Assembly (NCBI GenBank): GCA_965644265.1
Contig: OZ286474.1
Location: 7,688,001 to 7,752,000, forward strand
DNA: 64,000 bases
Reading direction: 5' to 3'
Origin: Glycera tridactyla
Taxonomy: Eukaryota
Within the stretch, counting starts at the first letter, position 1; each line of letters begins with the position of its first letter. Position numbers and translations under genes: made by a program. The notes under the pieces are model-generated. The model was not told the DNA's origin. It saw nothing but the letters and a program-made list of their open reading frames with translations, and ran no database searches. This document shows, piece by piece, positions 1 through 13,420 of this stretch.

Positions 1-857
1 TGTTTTCGAAAAATCTTTAAAGAAGACAAAAGTTGATTTACGTGATTTGTGCAGCTTCTTTCGAGATACAATAATAAGACTGTGGTCACTTAGACCCGTT
101 TCAAGAACTCCATGTTGGTGATACATGTCTGGTCTGTTGACCAAAATGTGGTGAATACATGTCCGTGATTCAGTGGTAACCCTGGTGTGTCTATCTATCA
201 GTTGACATAAGTTATTGTTTTTTATCAATTTTGAATAGCTTTGTCCAGGTTTGATTTTGATATAATCTATTTTTGTATCACCAATTACTATAGAATCTGA
301 AGTCAGATCATTTCCAGTATTTATAATGCTCTCTTTCAACCATTCAGTAAACACAGCAGGGTTGCCATGAGGTGGTCGGTATAACCCACAGTTAAAGATT
401 TGATGTGTATCTGGGAGGATTAATTTTAACCATAGGGCTTCAACGTCATAGTTACAAACAAAAGTGTCTTCTATCAATTCAATATATCTATCTTTCCTTA
501 CATACACCAAAATCCCCCCTCCTGTCTTTTTTCTGCTTTCCAATGTATGATATAATATCCTGGGATATTAACTTCACTCATATCATTTGTTGAGGTCAGA
601 AAAATTTCTGATAATATCAAAATATCAATTTTACTCTTTAGCAGAATTAAGTTGACGTCTGTTACTTTACGTATTAACCCCCTAATATTTAAATAAGCAA
701 TTTTGACGCCCTTGAACTTGTTAAGATCATCCACCATGCTTAGTTGTTTTGTGCGATATATACTGTGGTCATTGATGCTATTGCCGCTTCGATTCGACAT
801 TCTGTTTTTTTCAGATAGTAGGAAAATATTATCAAATAAGATGTAAAATAATATCAA
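1..857 (-). pseudogene. LINE (L2/CR1/Crack-like) apurinic endonuclease domain fragment, frameshifted
   Basis: ORF 498..857 contains KIAYLNIRGL...KIDILILSE (APE N-terminus). Manual translation of bases ~1-160 on minus gives TCIHHILVNRPDMYHQHGVLETGLSDHSLII (APE C-terminal SDH motif). Confidence 0.85.
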
Positions 858-974
858 AGTAATAATATTTGATCATATTGCCGTATAACTTGGTAGCTTG
901 GCTACCTTAAGAAATTCAATATAATAAATTCAAGATGGCTGTAAGATCTAAATAAGCTCCAACCGCCATTATTC

Positions 975-2297
975 AACATTGGGACAACTCTCGAATCGGT
1001 CATTACAACATCATGATCATGATCCCCGGGATCGAGTTACATGCTTTGACAAGGGAGGGCTTGTTCGTGCAGATGATATCTAGGATCCGGTCTTCCCGAG
1101 TTGGATCCCAATTCATTTGTTCAAGGTGGTGCTCATCAAGCACTTCGAGGAGTTTGTTATTTACTGCCTTGCGATTTGATGATTGACAGACGGTGTTGGT
1201 GTCCCACTGTATATCCCCACAATTGAAATCAGCCCCAAGCATTACTACTGCATTTGCACTGTTTTCAGTTTTTTCAGCGAGTTCATTAAGAGCTTGATTG
1301 AGCTCCTCAAGCTCATCTGTTTGGGCATTAGGTGGGCAGTGATATGAGCAAATACACATCTTCTGATTTCTCAGTGTGACCTCTGCTGCAACTACTTCGT
1401 AATAAGGAGCACAATCAAAGATATACTCAACTGGATCAAACTTAGCTTTGATAGCAATAGCAACACTTCCTCCATGCGCATTCCTGTCCTTATGAAATAC
1501 TTTGTAATCTAGACTTGCAGGAATGAATTCTGCTGATAGTACCTCACTACTAACTTTGGTTTCAGACAGCAGAATACAGTCAGGGTCTGTCCCAGTAATC
1601 AAGTTTGTGACTGCCCCGACTTTCCCTCTTACGCCATTTGCATTCACCACAACGGTGCGCCAGTTGTGGGCTTTGAAAGGGGCCACTCCTTTATTTGTGG
1701 ACCGGGTGTTGTGTGGAGATGATGGTGTAAGATGAGTCAATTGAGGGGAGGGAAATACTTGATGTGCCTAATGTGCTCAATGGACCATAGACATTAGATA
1801 TGTCTAATTCATACAAGTGGTAAAGCGAGTTGGTCGGGTTGATGGAATGGCACTTACCACAGATCCAGTCTATACTGGATTGAGCGATACCATATCTCAC
1901 ATGACTCACAGATGAGAGCTCTGTCACCCCAGTTCACAGGCTATTCGCAATATCCACATGGGAAAATGGATCTAGCCCTAGGGCCTGGATGCATTTGGAT
2001 GTCACCACATATCATTTATTGTAGCATTAAGAGCACCAGTCTCCCAGTGTTTGCCTGATGTGTGAATCTACGTGGCGAGGCTGGATTGTAAAGAGAAATT
2101 CCTGAGTCAGTATGACCACCAACAAGGTTTGCACTAAGTATGTTTACAGCTCTATGGAAGAGAGAAGAGGTTTGACATACTACTGGCGTCAGTGGGCATG
2201 TCGACTGCAGGGTATACTCATCTGGATATATTCCCTTTATGTCGCTATGGCCGGCAATATTTGCCCAAGAGCTAAGTAGCAACAGAAGGACTAACAT
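975..2297 (-). mobile_element. CR1-like LINE 5' part: hydrophobic leader, 2A-like peptide, PHD finger remnant, APE
   Basis: ORF 2016..2297 continues in frame past its stop as MICGDIQMHPGP-RARSIFPCGYCE*PVNWGDRALICESCEIWY. Then WICGKC (ORF 1691..1927) and the APE ORF 1003..1740. Confidence 0.8.
1003..1740 (-). pseudogene. APE endonuclease of CR1-like LINE
   Basis: VVNANGV, PDCILLSETK, KDRNAHGGSV, GADFN, PTREDRILD motifs. A 1-nt loss at PGI(S)DHD shifts the frame; the RT part is absent. Confidence 0.9.
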
Positions 2298-3234
2298 ATT
2301 GAGACAATAGGAGAGTTACTGGTTAGTTGGTTGAAGAGCTTGATGTATGGTGTAAGTAAGAGAGGAGCTTCGGGCATGGATAGGTATTTAGGGTGAAGAG
2401 TGACAGTTTCACATTCTCAGGGAGTTTAATATGGCTGCCAACTCACTATAGTGCATGGGGCAACCGACCTGGTGACAAGTTACCACATGGCTGACATTTT
2501 TGACCCGGACAACAAGGTGCCTCTACTATTTAGGGTGATGGTACTGCCTGCTCCTGTATGTCTCAGCCACCTTGAAAGATTAAAATCCTTCAAAAATGAT
2601 GAAAATTGCGGACCTCGGCGATGGACCAACCCTACCTCACATGCGCGCGCAACAAAACCCAGTGTCATACTCATAAAATTGACCATGAAAATATGCACTG
2701 GTCTTGTTCATTGTGATATACATAAAGGAAGTTATTTACTCTATTGAAACAAAGTGATCTTATGAGATCTCCCATGTCAAACATAACGTATGTTATGGTC
2801 CTACATGATCAGGGAAAAGCTCTCCCACACTAGTGTGGTTCATGTTGTTATCTTTTTCATGATAGAATGTCAAATTAAGGCTTTTAGGTGAGAATTCTAT
2901 ACATAGAAGAAAGTTGTATCATTGATTTTGAAAATCACCAATCATGTCACACTTTGGTACCCATCTGTGTGGAGATGCAAAGATAGCGTGTGTAAAACCA
3001 GCCATTCAGAAATCAGGACTAGCGCTTTTCAGCATGAATGACGGCGAATGCGGATGCTTCTGTTTGTGATGAAATATGGCCATAATGTTACAAAACAAAT
3101 CCACGGGTGGCTCGTTTATGACTCGCTGCCCCATATTCCTGAAAGAGGGCTCGTCACTACCCCCATCCATCCGGGTTTTTTCTCTGTCTGTCTGTGTCTG
3201 TGTCTGTTTTTTTCCTCCCCTCTCTCTCTCCCTC

Positions 3235-3303
3235 GTCGCCATCGTTGTCGTCGTTGTCATCGTCGTCGTCGTCGTCATCGTTGTCGTCGTCGTCCTCCTC
3301 CTC

Positions 3304-3379
<76 letters not shown>

Positions 3380-3380
3380 T
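3235..3380. repeat. (GTC/CAT)n plus (CT)n microsatellite
   Basis: Directly visible; explains low-complexity ORFs 3006..3469. Confidence 0.95.
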
Positions 3381-3437
3381 CTATCTATTTCGGAGATCTC
3401 TCGGCGCACCTGGACGCTCTTGCTGCACTGAGATGTA

Positions 3438-3880
3438 TTGACCGTCGTCCTGAACGGTAATAACACCACAAATCTTCAAATACAAACCCTGGAAGAGAGA
3501 AGACACGAGCATGATCTCATCTACATCAAAAAGGTCTTGTCAGGATCATATACTGCCAAGCCTATCTGCGAACTAGCAGATGTAGATCATGCTCATGCAA
3601 CTCCTACCAGGGACAAACCACTTATCAAACTTTTGAAATACGATTGAAATACAAGATGTCAGAAAGCAATTCCAGGCATCGGGCAGCAAATCTATAAGGT
3701 TTGCAAACTAGACGTCGGTCAATTTGTGCTCTGACTGCAACACTATCATGTAACATTATCACTCAACACCATGTTGTACACACCATCACGTAAATTGTAA
3801 TCCCCCGGTTTCGGATAGGTCACTCTATCTGCTCTCTTCTTCGTCACCGTGAAGAAAAACTTAATTGTTTAACTGCAGTG
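3438..3880 (+). mobile_element. 3' fragment of a CR1-like LINE ORF2 plus probable 3' UTR
   Basis: LQIQTLEERRHEHDLIYIKKVLSG matches the typical CR1 ORF2 C-terminal pattern L.TLE.RR...DLI..YKIL.G. Confidence 0.55.
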
Positions 3881-3912
3881 ACGAAGGAAAATAAAGAGTT
3901 AAAACAAAATGG

Positions 3913-4228
3913 AACCAACCAACCAACCAACCAACCAACCAACTAACCAACCACTGATCCAACCACCCAACCAGCCAACCACACAACCAACCAATCACAC
4001 AACCAACCACCTAACTAATCAACCAACCAGCCACCAGTCCAACCAACCAACCACACACAACCAACCCTCGATAGGTGGTTTTGTGGTTGGTCCGTTGATT
4101 TGTTAGTTGGGAGGTTGGTTGGGGTGTTGGTTGGTTGGTTGGGTGGCTGATTGGCTGGTTGGAAGGGTGGTTGATTGGTTGTGTGGGTGAGTGCTTGGGT
4201 GTGTTGGTGGTTGGTTGGTTGATTTCTC
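3913..4228. repeat. Back-to-back (CCAA)n / (TTGG)n degenerate microsatellites
   Basis: CAAC-rich 3913-4065 followed by GTTG-rich 4075-4228. Confidence 0.9.
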
Positions 4229-5954
4229 AACGCCTTAATTCTTGATTCATGAAATGTGATGATATTTGATATTCGGATAGGGTATCAGAGGGGTTAAGTA
4301 AAATGTTGTCCATGCGAAATTCTACTGCGACACATATTGTTATGTGAGCAGACGTATTGTTCATCTTTATGACTTCTCCTGTCTGATTCTATTCATCCAA
4401 TATCTTATGCAAGTTTTTCCTTTGTATGAATGATACATATGAGTCAAGGTCGTGACCTTGACCTTGACGCATGATAGTGAGTCGTGACTGAAAACATGTT
4501 GTTCATTATGTTATGTAAGATTTTAGGAAAGAAAGGGGTGTGAACTACCTTTGTGAACTGGTTGACAACTTACTATATATATGACTGTGGTGGAAGGTGT
4601 GAGCTTCAGGATTCATCTGAGGACTTTGCTGGTGGTTGGACTTCGTAAAGTCAGTCCTGAAGCTCTCCTGGCCTCCCCCAACAGCCGCTGTACATTGCTG
4701 TACTTTGCTGTATCCATGGGGGAATAAAGCTATATTGGACTTGGACAACGTCGTCGGTCTCATGATTGCAAAGAGAGATTCGTTCCTAGTCCCCTCACAT
4801 TAGTCATATGCCAGGTAACTAAAAGACATTCGTTCTACAGAGCCGTCTGTATAGCTCAGGCGGTTTCTAACGAAAGTTATCGCTGACAGATTGGTTAGTT
4901 GGGTGGTTGGGTAGTTGGCCNNNNNNNNNNNNNNNNNNNNNNNNNNNNNNNNNNNNNNNNNNNNNNNNNNNNNNNNNNNNNNNNNNNNNNNNNNNNNNNN
5001 NNNNNNNNNNNNNNNNNNNNNNNNNNNNNNNNNNNNNNNNNNNNNNNNNNNNNNNNNNNNNNNNNNNNNNNNNNNNNNNNNNNNNNNNNNNNNNNNNNNN
5101 NNNNNNNNNNNNNNNNNNNNNNNNNNNNNNNNNNNNNNNNNNNNNNNNNNNNNNNNNNNNNNNNNNNNNNNNNNNNNNNNNNNNNNNNNNNNNNNNNNNN
5201 NNNNNNNNNNNNNNNNNNNNNNNNNNNNNNNNNNNNNNGACCATCACACAAGTCGCGTACAGGCCGTGTCAATGTCGGAGACGCACGGTATCGATCCCCG
5301 TCTTATGCAACCAAATTATCTCATGCTCAGCATTGGACCGGCTGAATAGTTCCGGTTTGACGCGGACATACGCGGATATTCGCGACCTTAACACGGCGTT
5401 AGCCGCCGCCAGTCCCAGTCTATCACCGAGCATTCGAGAATTCGAGGAGTTGACTGCGAACCCAGTTTGACTTTCGGATTTCTCAAAAGTCAAGCCTTCT
5501 CTTCTAGAATCGCATCGGACTGCGAGCAAACTGTCGCCGTCTCTTGCCGAATCCTACCAAATGTACGCGACAATGGCCTAATTTGACGGCGTCTACATGA
5601 AAGAAACGATGTTTGTGAGCAATAAAGTGTTTACAGCGACTGTCCGCACACCTGTGGACCCCACCATTAGCTATTCTTTTTCTGACGCCCAGTCGACTTC
5701 TGATGAACGTCAAAATTTGGACCTCGAACGTGTCAGACGTCCACTGGCGTCCACTGAACGTCGGCTTGCTTTGAAACAGGTCGATGACACTGGTGTTGAC
5801 CTGGTGTTCTGACCACCCAGTTTCATCTGGGATCAGTGTTTGAAGGCAGGGCGGTGGTCGTATCGTGCGGCAGCTCGGCCGATATAGTCTCGGCAGGTTT
5901 GACATACAGATGCAATGGAATGAGACATAATATCATAGGCAGATTATGTACATT

Positions 5955-6030
5955 GCTTGCTTGCTTGATTGATTGATGTTTAACGGCATGTACCACCCAC
6001 CCATAAGATCATGTATGCCATATGTTCCTC
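5955..6030 (-). repeat. Short dispersed repeat (SINE-tail-like), copy 1
   Basis: gtttaacggcatgta...atgtatgccatatgttcct is shared with 14970-15030 and abuts a (GATT/GCTT)n tract. Confidence 0.5.
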
Positions 6031-7110
6031 ACTCAATCCTGAAGACAAGATAATGTGGGCCGCAGATCATGTGGGATTAGGTTGGGGGATCGCCGGAGGT
6101 CCGATACACAAGGCAGTTGAGTCATCCAAAATCCAAGCGCTTGAAATACAGATAAACACGAATAGTGTCCCTAATTGTGTGTTTCAGGAGACTTTCCCCA
6201 CCTAATTTCTCGTTAGGGGGATTTCCGGTGAGTTGTGTTTCACTAAACTTAGTCCCCCTAAATAACCCCCCCCCCCTAGATAATCCCCCTAAACCAGCGA
6301 AATGGCGATTTAGTCTAACCATGGCTGATTACAACCACCTCGGTTGCAAGTAAACTCACTCATTCTGCACCACAAAATTCACGTTTTGATTTTATTTCTG
6401 CAAGTACACGAACCTGCCCCAGCACCGAAGGTCGTCTGCCTACACAAAGCCTCGCCGANNNNNNNNNNNNNNNNNNNNNNNNNNNNNNNNNNNNNNNNNN
6501 NNNNNNNNNNNNNNNNNNNNNNNNNNNNNNNNNNNNNNNNNNNNNNNNNNNNNNNNNNNNNNNNNNNNNNNNNNNNNNNNNNNNNNNNNNNNNNNNNNNN
6601 NNNNNNNNNNNCCACCTATCTACCTACCTTTCATTATGTGCCTCTGTCTCTCTCACCTCTATATTGTTTCTCCCCCCTCAATTCTCAGTTGCGCCATTCA
6701 GTCGCCTGTTTTCTCACACAACTGGCGGTATCTCATGCATCTGAGGATAGAAGCGATCCTTTTTAACAGCCAGTGCATCTGTCAAGTTTGAAACATATAT
6801 ATGTTATAAGTGGGAATATGTTGTTTCTCTGTGTTGTAGGTGAGCCACTTTGTCGATTGAAAGTATTGATTTGGTTCTGTGTCCTGGATGCACGCACATA
6901 CTCAAACACACGCACGAGCTCCACTCTACACACCTATGTATGTATTGCATTATAAAGTATTGCATATATATGTGCGTCTTCCAGGATGGGGTTTTAAACT
7001 CGTCATGTTTGAATTTTGAAATAGGGTGGGGAATAGGACGACATCTTCACTATCCAAAACTTTTGGGAGTCAAATTTGACCAGCTGCAGGATGTGATTGA
7101 GTTTGAGAAT

Positions 7111-10100
7111 GACGGCTTTATTTCCTCCACACTGCCAGACAAAATCTATGCTACATGCCTGAAATAATGACGGCTTTATTTCCTCCACACTGCCAGACAA
7201 AATCTAGGCTACGTGCCTGAAATAATGAAGGCTTTATTGTCTCCACACTGCCAGACAAAATCTAGGCTACGTGCCTGAAATAATGAAGGCTTTATTCCCT
7301 CCACACTGCCAGACAAAATCTAGGCTACGTGCCTGAAAAAATGAAGGCTTTATTTCCTCCACACTGCCAGACAAAATCTATGCTACGTGTCTGAATACTG
7401 AAGGCTTTATTGTCTCCACACTGCCAGACAAAATCTAGGCTACGTGCCTGAAATAATGAAGGCTTTATTCCCTCCACACTGCCAGACAAAATCTATGCTA
7501 CGAGCCTGAAATAATGTCGACTTTATTTCCTCGACACTGCCAGACAAAATCTAGGCTACGTGCCTGAAATAATGAAGGCTTTATTTCCTCAACACTGCGA
7601 GACAAAATCTATGCTAGATGCCTGAAATAATGACGGCTTTATTTCCTCCACACTGCCAGACAAAATCTATGCTACGTGTCTGAATACTGAAGGCTTCATT
7701 GTCTCCACACTGCCAGACAAAATCTAGGCTACGTGCCTGAAATAATGAAGGCTTTATTCCCTCCACACTGCCAGACAAAATCTATGCTACGAGCCTGGAA
7801 TAATGTCGACTTTATTTCCTCCACACTGCCAGACAAAATCTAGGCTACGTGCCTGAAATAATGAAGGCTTTATTTCCTCAACACTGCAAGACAAAATCTA
7901 TGCTAGATGCCTGAAATAATGACGGCTTTATTTCCTCCACACTGCCAGACAAAATCTATGCTACGTGTATGAATAACGAAGGCTTTATTGTCTCCACACT
8001 GCCAGACAAAATCTAGGCTACGTGCCTGAAATAATGAAGGCTTTTTTCCCTCCACACAGCCAGACAAAATCTATGCTACGAGCCTGGAATAATGTCGACT
8101 TTATTTCCTCCACACTGCCAGACAAAATCTATGCTACGTGCCTGAAATAATGACAGCTTTATTTCCTCCACACTGCCAGACAAAATCTATGCTACGTGCC
8201 TGAAATAATGACAGCTTTATTTCCTCCTCACTGCCAGACAAAATCTATGCTACATGCCTGAAATAATGACAGCTTTATTTCCTCCACACTGCCAGACAAA
8301 ATCTATGCTACATGCCTGAAATAATGACGGCTTTATTTCCTCCACACTGCCAGACAAAATCTATGCTACGTGTATGAATAACGAAGGCTTTATTGTCTCC
8401 ACACTGCCAGACAAAATCTATGCTACGTGCCTGAAATAATGACGGCTTTATTTCCTCCACACTGCCAGACAAAGTCTATGCTACTTGTCTGAAAGAATAT
8501 AGGCTTCATTCCCCCCACACTGTCAGACAAAATCTATGCTACGTGCCTGAAAAAAATGACAGCTTTATTTCCTCCACACTGCCAGACAAAATCTATGCTA
8601 CGAGCTTGGAATAATGTCGAGTTTATCTCCTCCACACTGCCAGACAAAATCTAGGCTACGTGCCTGAAATAATGAAGGCTTTATTTCCTCAACACTGCAA
8701 GACAAAATCTATGCTAGATGCCTGAAATAATGACGGCTTTATTTCCTCCACACTGCCAGACAAAATCTATGCTACGTGTATGAATAACGAAGGCTTTATT
8801 GTCTCCACACTGCCAGACAAAATCTAGGCTACGTGCCTGAAATAATGAAGGCTTTTTTCCCTCCACACTGCCAGACAAAATCCATGCTATGTGCCTGAAA
8901 TAATGATGGCTTTATTTCCTCCACAATGTCAGACAAAATCTATGCTACGTGCCTGAGATAATGATGGCTTTTTTCACTGCACGCTGCCAGACAAAATCCA
9001 TGGTACCTGCCTGAAAGAATAAAGGCTTTGTTTCCTCCACACTGCCAGACAAAATCTAGGCTACCTGCCTGAAATAATGAAGGCTTTATTCCCTCCACAC
9101 TGCCAGAAAAAATCTATGGTACGTGCCTGAAATAATGACGGCTTTATTTCCTCCACATTGCCAGACAAAATCCATGCTACGTGGCTGAAATAATGACAGC
9201 TTTATTTCCTCCACACTGCCAGACAAAATCTAGGCTACGTGCCTGAAATAATGATGGTTTTTTTTTCCCCCCACACTGCCAGACAAAATCTAGGCTACGT
9301 GCCTGAAATAATGACGGCCTTATTTCCTCAATACTGCCAGACAAAATATTTGTTTCGTGCCTGGAATAATGACAGCTTTATTTCCTCCACACTGCCAGTC
9401 AAAATACAGGCTACATTCGTGAAATAATGACAGCTTCATTTCCTCCACACTGCCAGACAAAATCGAGGCTACATGCCTGAAATGATGACGGTTTCAGTTC
9501 CTCCACACTGCCAGACAAATTCCATGCTATGTGCCTGAAATAATGACAGCTTTATTTCCTCCACACTGCCAGACACAATCTAGGCTACCTGCCTGAAATA
9601 GTGAAGGTTTTTTTTTCTCCACACTGCCAGACAAAATCTATGCTACGTGCCTGAAATATTGATGGCTTTTTTCCCTCCACACTGACAGACAAAATCTATG
9701 GTACGTGCCTGAAATAATGACAGCTCTATTTCCTCCACATTGCCGGACAAAATCCATGCTACGTGGCTGAAATAATGACAGCTCTATCTTCTCCACACCG
9801 CCAGACAAAATCTATGCTACGTGCCTGAAATAATGATGGCTTTTTCTCCTCAATAATGCCAGACAAAATCTATGCTACGTGCCTGAAATAATAAAGGCTT
9901 TATCTCCTCCAAACTGTCAGACAAAATCCATGCTACGTGCCTAAAATGATGACGGCTTTATTTCCTCCACACTGCCAGACAAAATTCAGGCTACCTGCCT
10001 GAAATGATGACGGCTTTATTTACTCCACACTGCCCGACAAAATCTATGCTACGTGCCTGAATTAATGATGGCTTTATTTCCTCCAAACTGGCAGACAAAA

Positions 10101-11285
10101 TTTATGCCACGTGTCTGAAATAATGCTGGCTCCATTTCCCCCACACTGCCGGACAAAATCTATGCTACGTGCCTGAAATAATGACGGCTTTGTTTCCTCC
10201 ACACTGCCAGACAAAATCTATGCTACATGCCTGAAATAATGATGGCTTTATTTCCTCCACACTGCCAGACAAAATCTATGCTACGTGCCTGAAATAATGA
10301 AGGCTTTATTTCCTCCACACTGCCAGACAAAATCTATGCTACATGCCTGAAATAATGAAGGCTTTATTCCCTCCACACTGCCAGACAAAATCCATGCCAC
10401 GTGCCTGAAATAATGACGGCTTTATTTCCTCCACACTGCCAGACAAAATCTATGCTACGTGCCTGAAATAATGACGGCTTTATTTCCTCCACACTGCCAG
10501 ACAAAGTCTATGCTACTTGTCTGAAATAATGATGGCCTTATTTCCTCCACACTGCCAGACAAAATCCATGCTACGTGCCTGAAATAATGACGGCTTCATT
10601 TCCTCCACACTGCCAGACAAAATCTAGGCTACGTGTCTGAAATAATGATGGCCTTATTTCCTCCACACTGCCAGACAAAATCCATGCTACGTGCCTGAAA
10701 TAATGATGGCTTTATTTCCTCCACAATGCCAGACAAAATCTATGCTACGTGCCTGAGATAATGATGGCTTCATTTACTCCACGCTGCCAGACAAAATCTA
10801 GGCTACGTACCTGAAAGAATATAGGCTTCATTTCCTCCACATTGCCAGACAAAATCTATGCTATGTGCCCTAAAATGATGACGGCTTTATTTCCTCCACA
10901 CTGGCAGACAAAATCTATGCTACGTGCCTGAAATAATGACGGCTTTATTTCCTCCACACCGCCAGACAAAATCTAGGCTACGTGTCTGAAATAATGATGG
11001 CTATATCCCCTTCACACTGCCAGACAAAATCTATGGTTCGTGCCTGAAATAATGAAGGCTTTATATCCTCCACACTGCCAGACAAAATCCATGCTACGTG
11101 CCAGAAATAATGACGGCTTTATTTCCTCCACACTGGCAGACAAAATCTAGGCTACGTGTATGAATAACGAAGGCTTTATTGTCTCCACACTGCCAGACAA
11201 AATCTATGCTATGTGCCTGAAATAATGAAGGCCTTATTTCCTCCACATCGCCAGACAAAATCTATGCTACGTGCCTGAAATAATG
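7111..11285. repeat. 58-bp tandem array, ~72 copies
   Basis: Unit gacggctttatttcctccacactgccagacaaaatctatgctacgtgcctgaaataat; unit starts at 7111 and 7169. Confidence 0.98.
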
Positions 11286-12799
11286 TGGGCCGAGTATCAG
11301 AAGTGGCATTGAGAAGTGAAATTGGGCAAGGAGTTCTGTGTTTCTCTCTGTCTTTATGCCTCTCTATTCCTTCATTCCCTTTTGCCCTCGGCCTCTATAT
11401 TTTTTCTTCACATATTTTGCTCTCCCTCCTCTCCCCCTTCAACCCTCTCCCTTGCTCTTTCCTCCCTCTCATTCCCCGCCACCTCTCTCTTCCCTCTCAC
11501 CCCATTCTGCTGCTCGTCGCTCCCCTCTCTTGTTTCTCCCTCCCACTCTCGCTTCTACCCCTCCCCCCCCCATTGAACACGTGCTGTACTATCTCACAAC
11601 CTACCCTGATTAGCCCCATTGAGCCACGGCTGACCACGTGACTCCTGACTTCCGGTCATCTAGCCTCCACTAAGGAGGCGTCTATCAATCGATCAGTGAT
11701 TAAATTGGGTGTCCGATAAGCAGCTAGGGAGTAGGTAAGACACGCTGTGTCAGGCGGCAGCGCCCACATAGATACCATCTGTCAGGGCAGCTTGATTGGT
11801 TGATTGACTGCTTGAGAAATCAGTCGGTTGCCTAGCTGATTCACGTGACATTATAGAGGACGATCATACAATTTGATGTATCCTCGTACCCTCGCTCTCG
11901 TACTCTCGCACCCGCGTTTCCGCACTCTCGCCTCCGAGCTCTCGCACATTTTCATGATTTCAACGCAACACGGGATATGTTGAAAGGGGGGTGATTTTGA
12001 GACATTGGGTTCGGTAATGCTTCGACCTTTCAGTAGAACGCTTTAAGGTTATCCAATAACCATGACGGTTTGGTATTCTCCAGAGGAAAAGGAATGGATA
12101 TCTTTGATAGTAAGGAAATGGCAGCTGATTATGTATCAGAAATTGCCCGATTACACCTGATATTCCATTTTGTGGTAACCATGATTGCGAAACATGAGAA
12201 ATGAACCATGAATTTCATAATTTTTCCTGAAAATTTTGTGGCCCTTCTGATTTTTTTACCCTAATCCTCTTTTGGACACTTTTTGGAGAGGTACCCCTGT
12301 CTAAATATGTCCATGGAATCAAGCAGAGAGACCCAATTCTTTTTCTGGTGTCATGGATTCTGGATTTTCAACAACTGGCCTATGGTGGCCATTTTGAATT
12401 TTGGTCTAAAATCCACATATTTCAATTCATGAAATTAGGCAGAGAAACCTAATTCCCCCTCCGGTCCTATGGAAAGTGGTTTTTAAGCCTCTTTTCAAAA
12501 TTGGCCCAGAAACTATAACTCGTAGTCTCGTACCCACACTCTCGTGGTCTCGTACTATCGCTTCCTAGCACCCTTCAGCCTCCAGCCTCTAGCCTACGAG
12601 GGAGTGATAGTACGAAGACATGGTTACGAGGATACAGGAAGTCGTGGCTACGAAAGAGCGGGGGTACGGAATCGCGGCGACGAGGGTACGCAATCGCGGC
12701 TACGAGAGCGCAACAGGGAGATGTCCCTGCTGGTCTTCCATAACAGGTATTAAAAGATACTCTCAACTTGCCCCATCAGTTCCGAGCACCATGCGTCAA

Positions 12800-13420
12800 T
12801 ACGAGGCGCACTGTGGGTGTAGGGTAGCCTTCACCACATAACTCACTCTAGCATGACCTCAAATCCCAGTTGGATGTACTCTGGTCGCAAGTAACCACGG
12901 CTCAGAGCTCGACACGAACAACATGATGCAAGGCATCATATTCACCCGCAAAAATATATATTCCTACTGTTTCGATATTCATATTGAGGAGAGAGTCACA
13001 GGAAGCAAGTTGCAAAAATGGNNNNNNNNNNNNNNNNNNNNNNNNNNNNNNNNNNNNNNNNNNNNNNNNNNNNNNNNNNNNNNNNNNNNNNNNNNNNNNN
13101 NNNNNNNNNNNNNNNNNNNNNNNNNNNNNNNNNNNNNNNNNNNNNNNNNNNNNNNNNNNNNNNNNNNNNNNNNNNNNNNNNNNNNNNNNNNNGCGAGATC
13201 CAATCCTCTACAATGACAAATTTCTATCTTGGCCTCTCGGTGAACTTCCTCCATGATCAACTTCCATCTTTGACCTCTTGAACAACTGCTCCATCTTGAT
13301 ATCAACCTAAGAGGATACTCCTACTGTCTCAGGCCTCAACCATCCAGGCTGCAGCCTGCCTGTGGTCTTAGAGCCAGAGGGACTGCACTGGTGCAGCCTA
13401 CCGTTGCCTCCGGCTCCATG
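12800..13420 (-). pseudogene. Possible heavily degraded restriction-like-endonuclease (NeSL/R2-group) LINE fragment
   Basis: Minus translations RWSSCSRGQRWKLIMEEVHRE and SCRALSRGY resemble conserved stretches of such ORFs; interrupted by N block and stops. Confidence 0.3.

Noticed and set aside
4840-4870. tRNA-like start gccgtctgtatagctcaggcggt
   Set aside because: No B box or cloverleaf follows; at most a SINE-head remnant.
11630-11840. E-box (CACGTG) plus ETS (ACTTCCGG) promoter-like motifs
   Set aside because: Short motifs with no adjacent gene, likely inside a repeat.
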